NCBI RefSeq assembly: GCF_963921235.1 | Contig: NC_086128.1 | Location: forward strand, 42,284,001-42,348,000 | Source of the DNA: Mobula hypostoma | Taxonomy: Eukaryota | Direction of reading: 5' to 3' | Length of the DNA: 64,000 nucleotides | Shown: one piece after another, positions 63,251 to 64,000 of the stretch | Layout: every line of letters begins with the position of its first letter | Numbering within the stretch: the first letter of the stretch is position 1 | Notes under the pieces: model-generated | The model's input: only the letters and a program-made list of their open reading frames with translations | The model's database searches: none | What the model was told of the DNA's origin: nothing | Program-made: the position numbers and the translations under genes

Positions 63251-64000
63251 GTCTTAACATTTCATTGCACTCAGTTTGAGAAAAACATGGCTTTTTATAA
63301 ATATATATAATTGACAATTATTCTTTGACCATCTATGTCTGCATTTTGATTTGTTTTTAGATCACAGCATCATTTTATCACTGTTCACACTAAAACAGTC
63401 TTCAGGGTCTCTTTTAGCAAGTATCAGCAGCAAACGTTTTGAAATTTTTTGACATTCCTGTCTTAGATGATTGAAAATCTATTGCTTCCACATCAGTAAA
63501 ATACAGATGATCTTTGAACTAAAATCCTGTTTGTATTTGACAAGCGATAGCAAAGTTGTGCAGAACATAACATGCGAGAAAAACGTGGATTATTTTTCTG
63601 GCAGTACTTCAGTTGTGTTCAGGGCCAAAGGCTTTCTCAATTACACATCTGGCAGATGAAGGAGCTTAGTAATATTTGACCCATGCAACTACATTTTAAA
63701 CTATACCTCTTGTTGTTTGCAAGCAAATTCCTTAAGCACATCAACCAATCAACAAATCATATAAGACAGTGATAAAAACCCCAATACTGAAATTCAGCAT
63801 CTGGCAGTGCAGAATTTGCATATTCATCTATTAACTATACTTTGCATTTAGGTTAAATACACTTACTCCGGGCCCTGCTTGATTCTCAGTGTTCATTTGG
63901 TGACTTCTCAGTTTGGCAATCCCTACCATTTGAGATGCTGTCAGTGAGGCTGATGTTTGAAAGAGAAGAGAATCCTAGCCAGTGCAGTGCTGACATACAG

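Noticed and set aside
63640-63660. Palindromic double E-box CATCTG-G-CAGATG as a Twist autoregulatory site
   Set aside because: The spacer is 1 nt rather than the 5 nt described for Twist1 double E-boxes; could be chance.
62400-64000. Searched for HDAC5 terminal exons on the minus strand
   Set aside because: No recognisable class IIa HDAC coding sequence; if present, it lies beyond the window.

Overview
Vertebrate nuclear DNA, most likely a cartilaginous fish (shark or ray). This is inferred from the HER1/CR1-type LINEs, HE1-like SINEs and Penelope-derived repeats. There are two host genes, both on the + strand. The first is a complete six-exon glucose-6-phosphatase 3 gene (G6PC3, CDS 3510-25391, 347 aa after splicing, all GT-AG). 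The second is a single-coding-exon Twist-family bHLH gene (49568-50041) in a TE-poor, CpG-richer domain. Its position just downstream of G6PC3, where HDAC5 lies in mammals, suggests it could be the fourth Twist ohnolog rather than canonical Twist1/2/3. The rest is dense in often-nested mobile elements: CR1, Rex1/Babar and L1/Tx1 LINEs, Tc1, mariner, hAT and Harbinger DNA elements, and tRNA-SINEs. Highlights among these are (i) a dispersed Penelope-like family carrying minimal type-I hammerhead ribozymes, often as foldback pairs with 12-15 bp TSDs, (ii) a second, unrelated hammerhead-like pLTR with a CCAAT/CACCC/TATA promoter, (iii) a palindromic Tc1 built from two 3' halves, and (iv) a hAT MITE that apparently transposed using a cryptic end. 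No CRISPR, rRNA or intact tRNA genes were seen.
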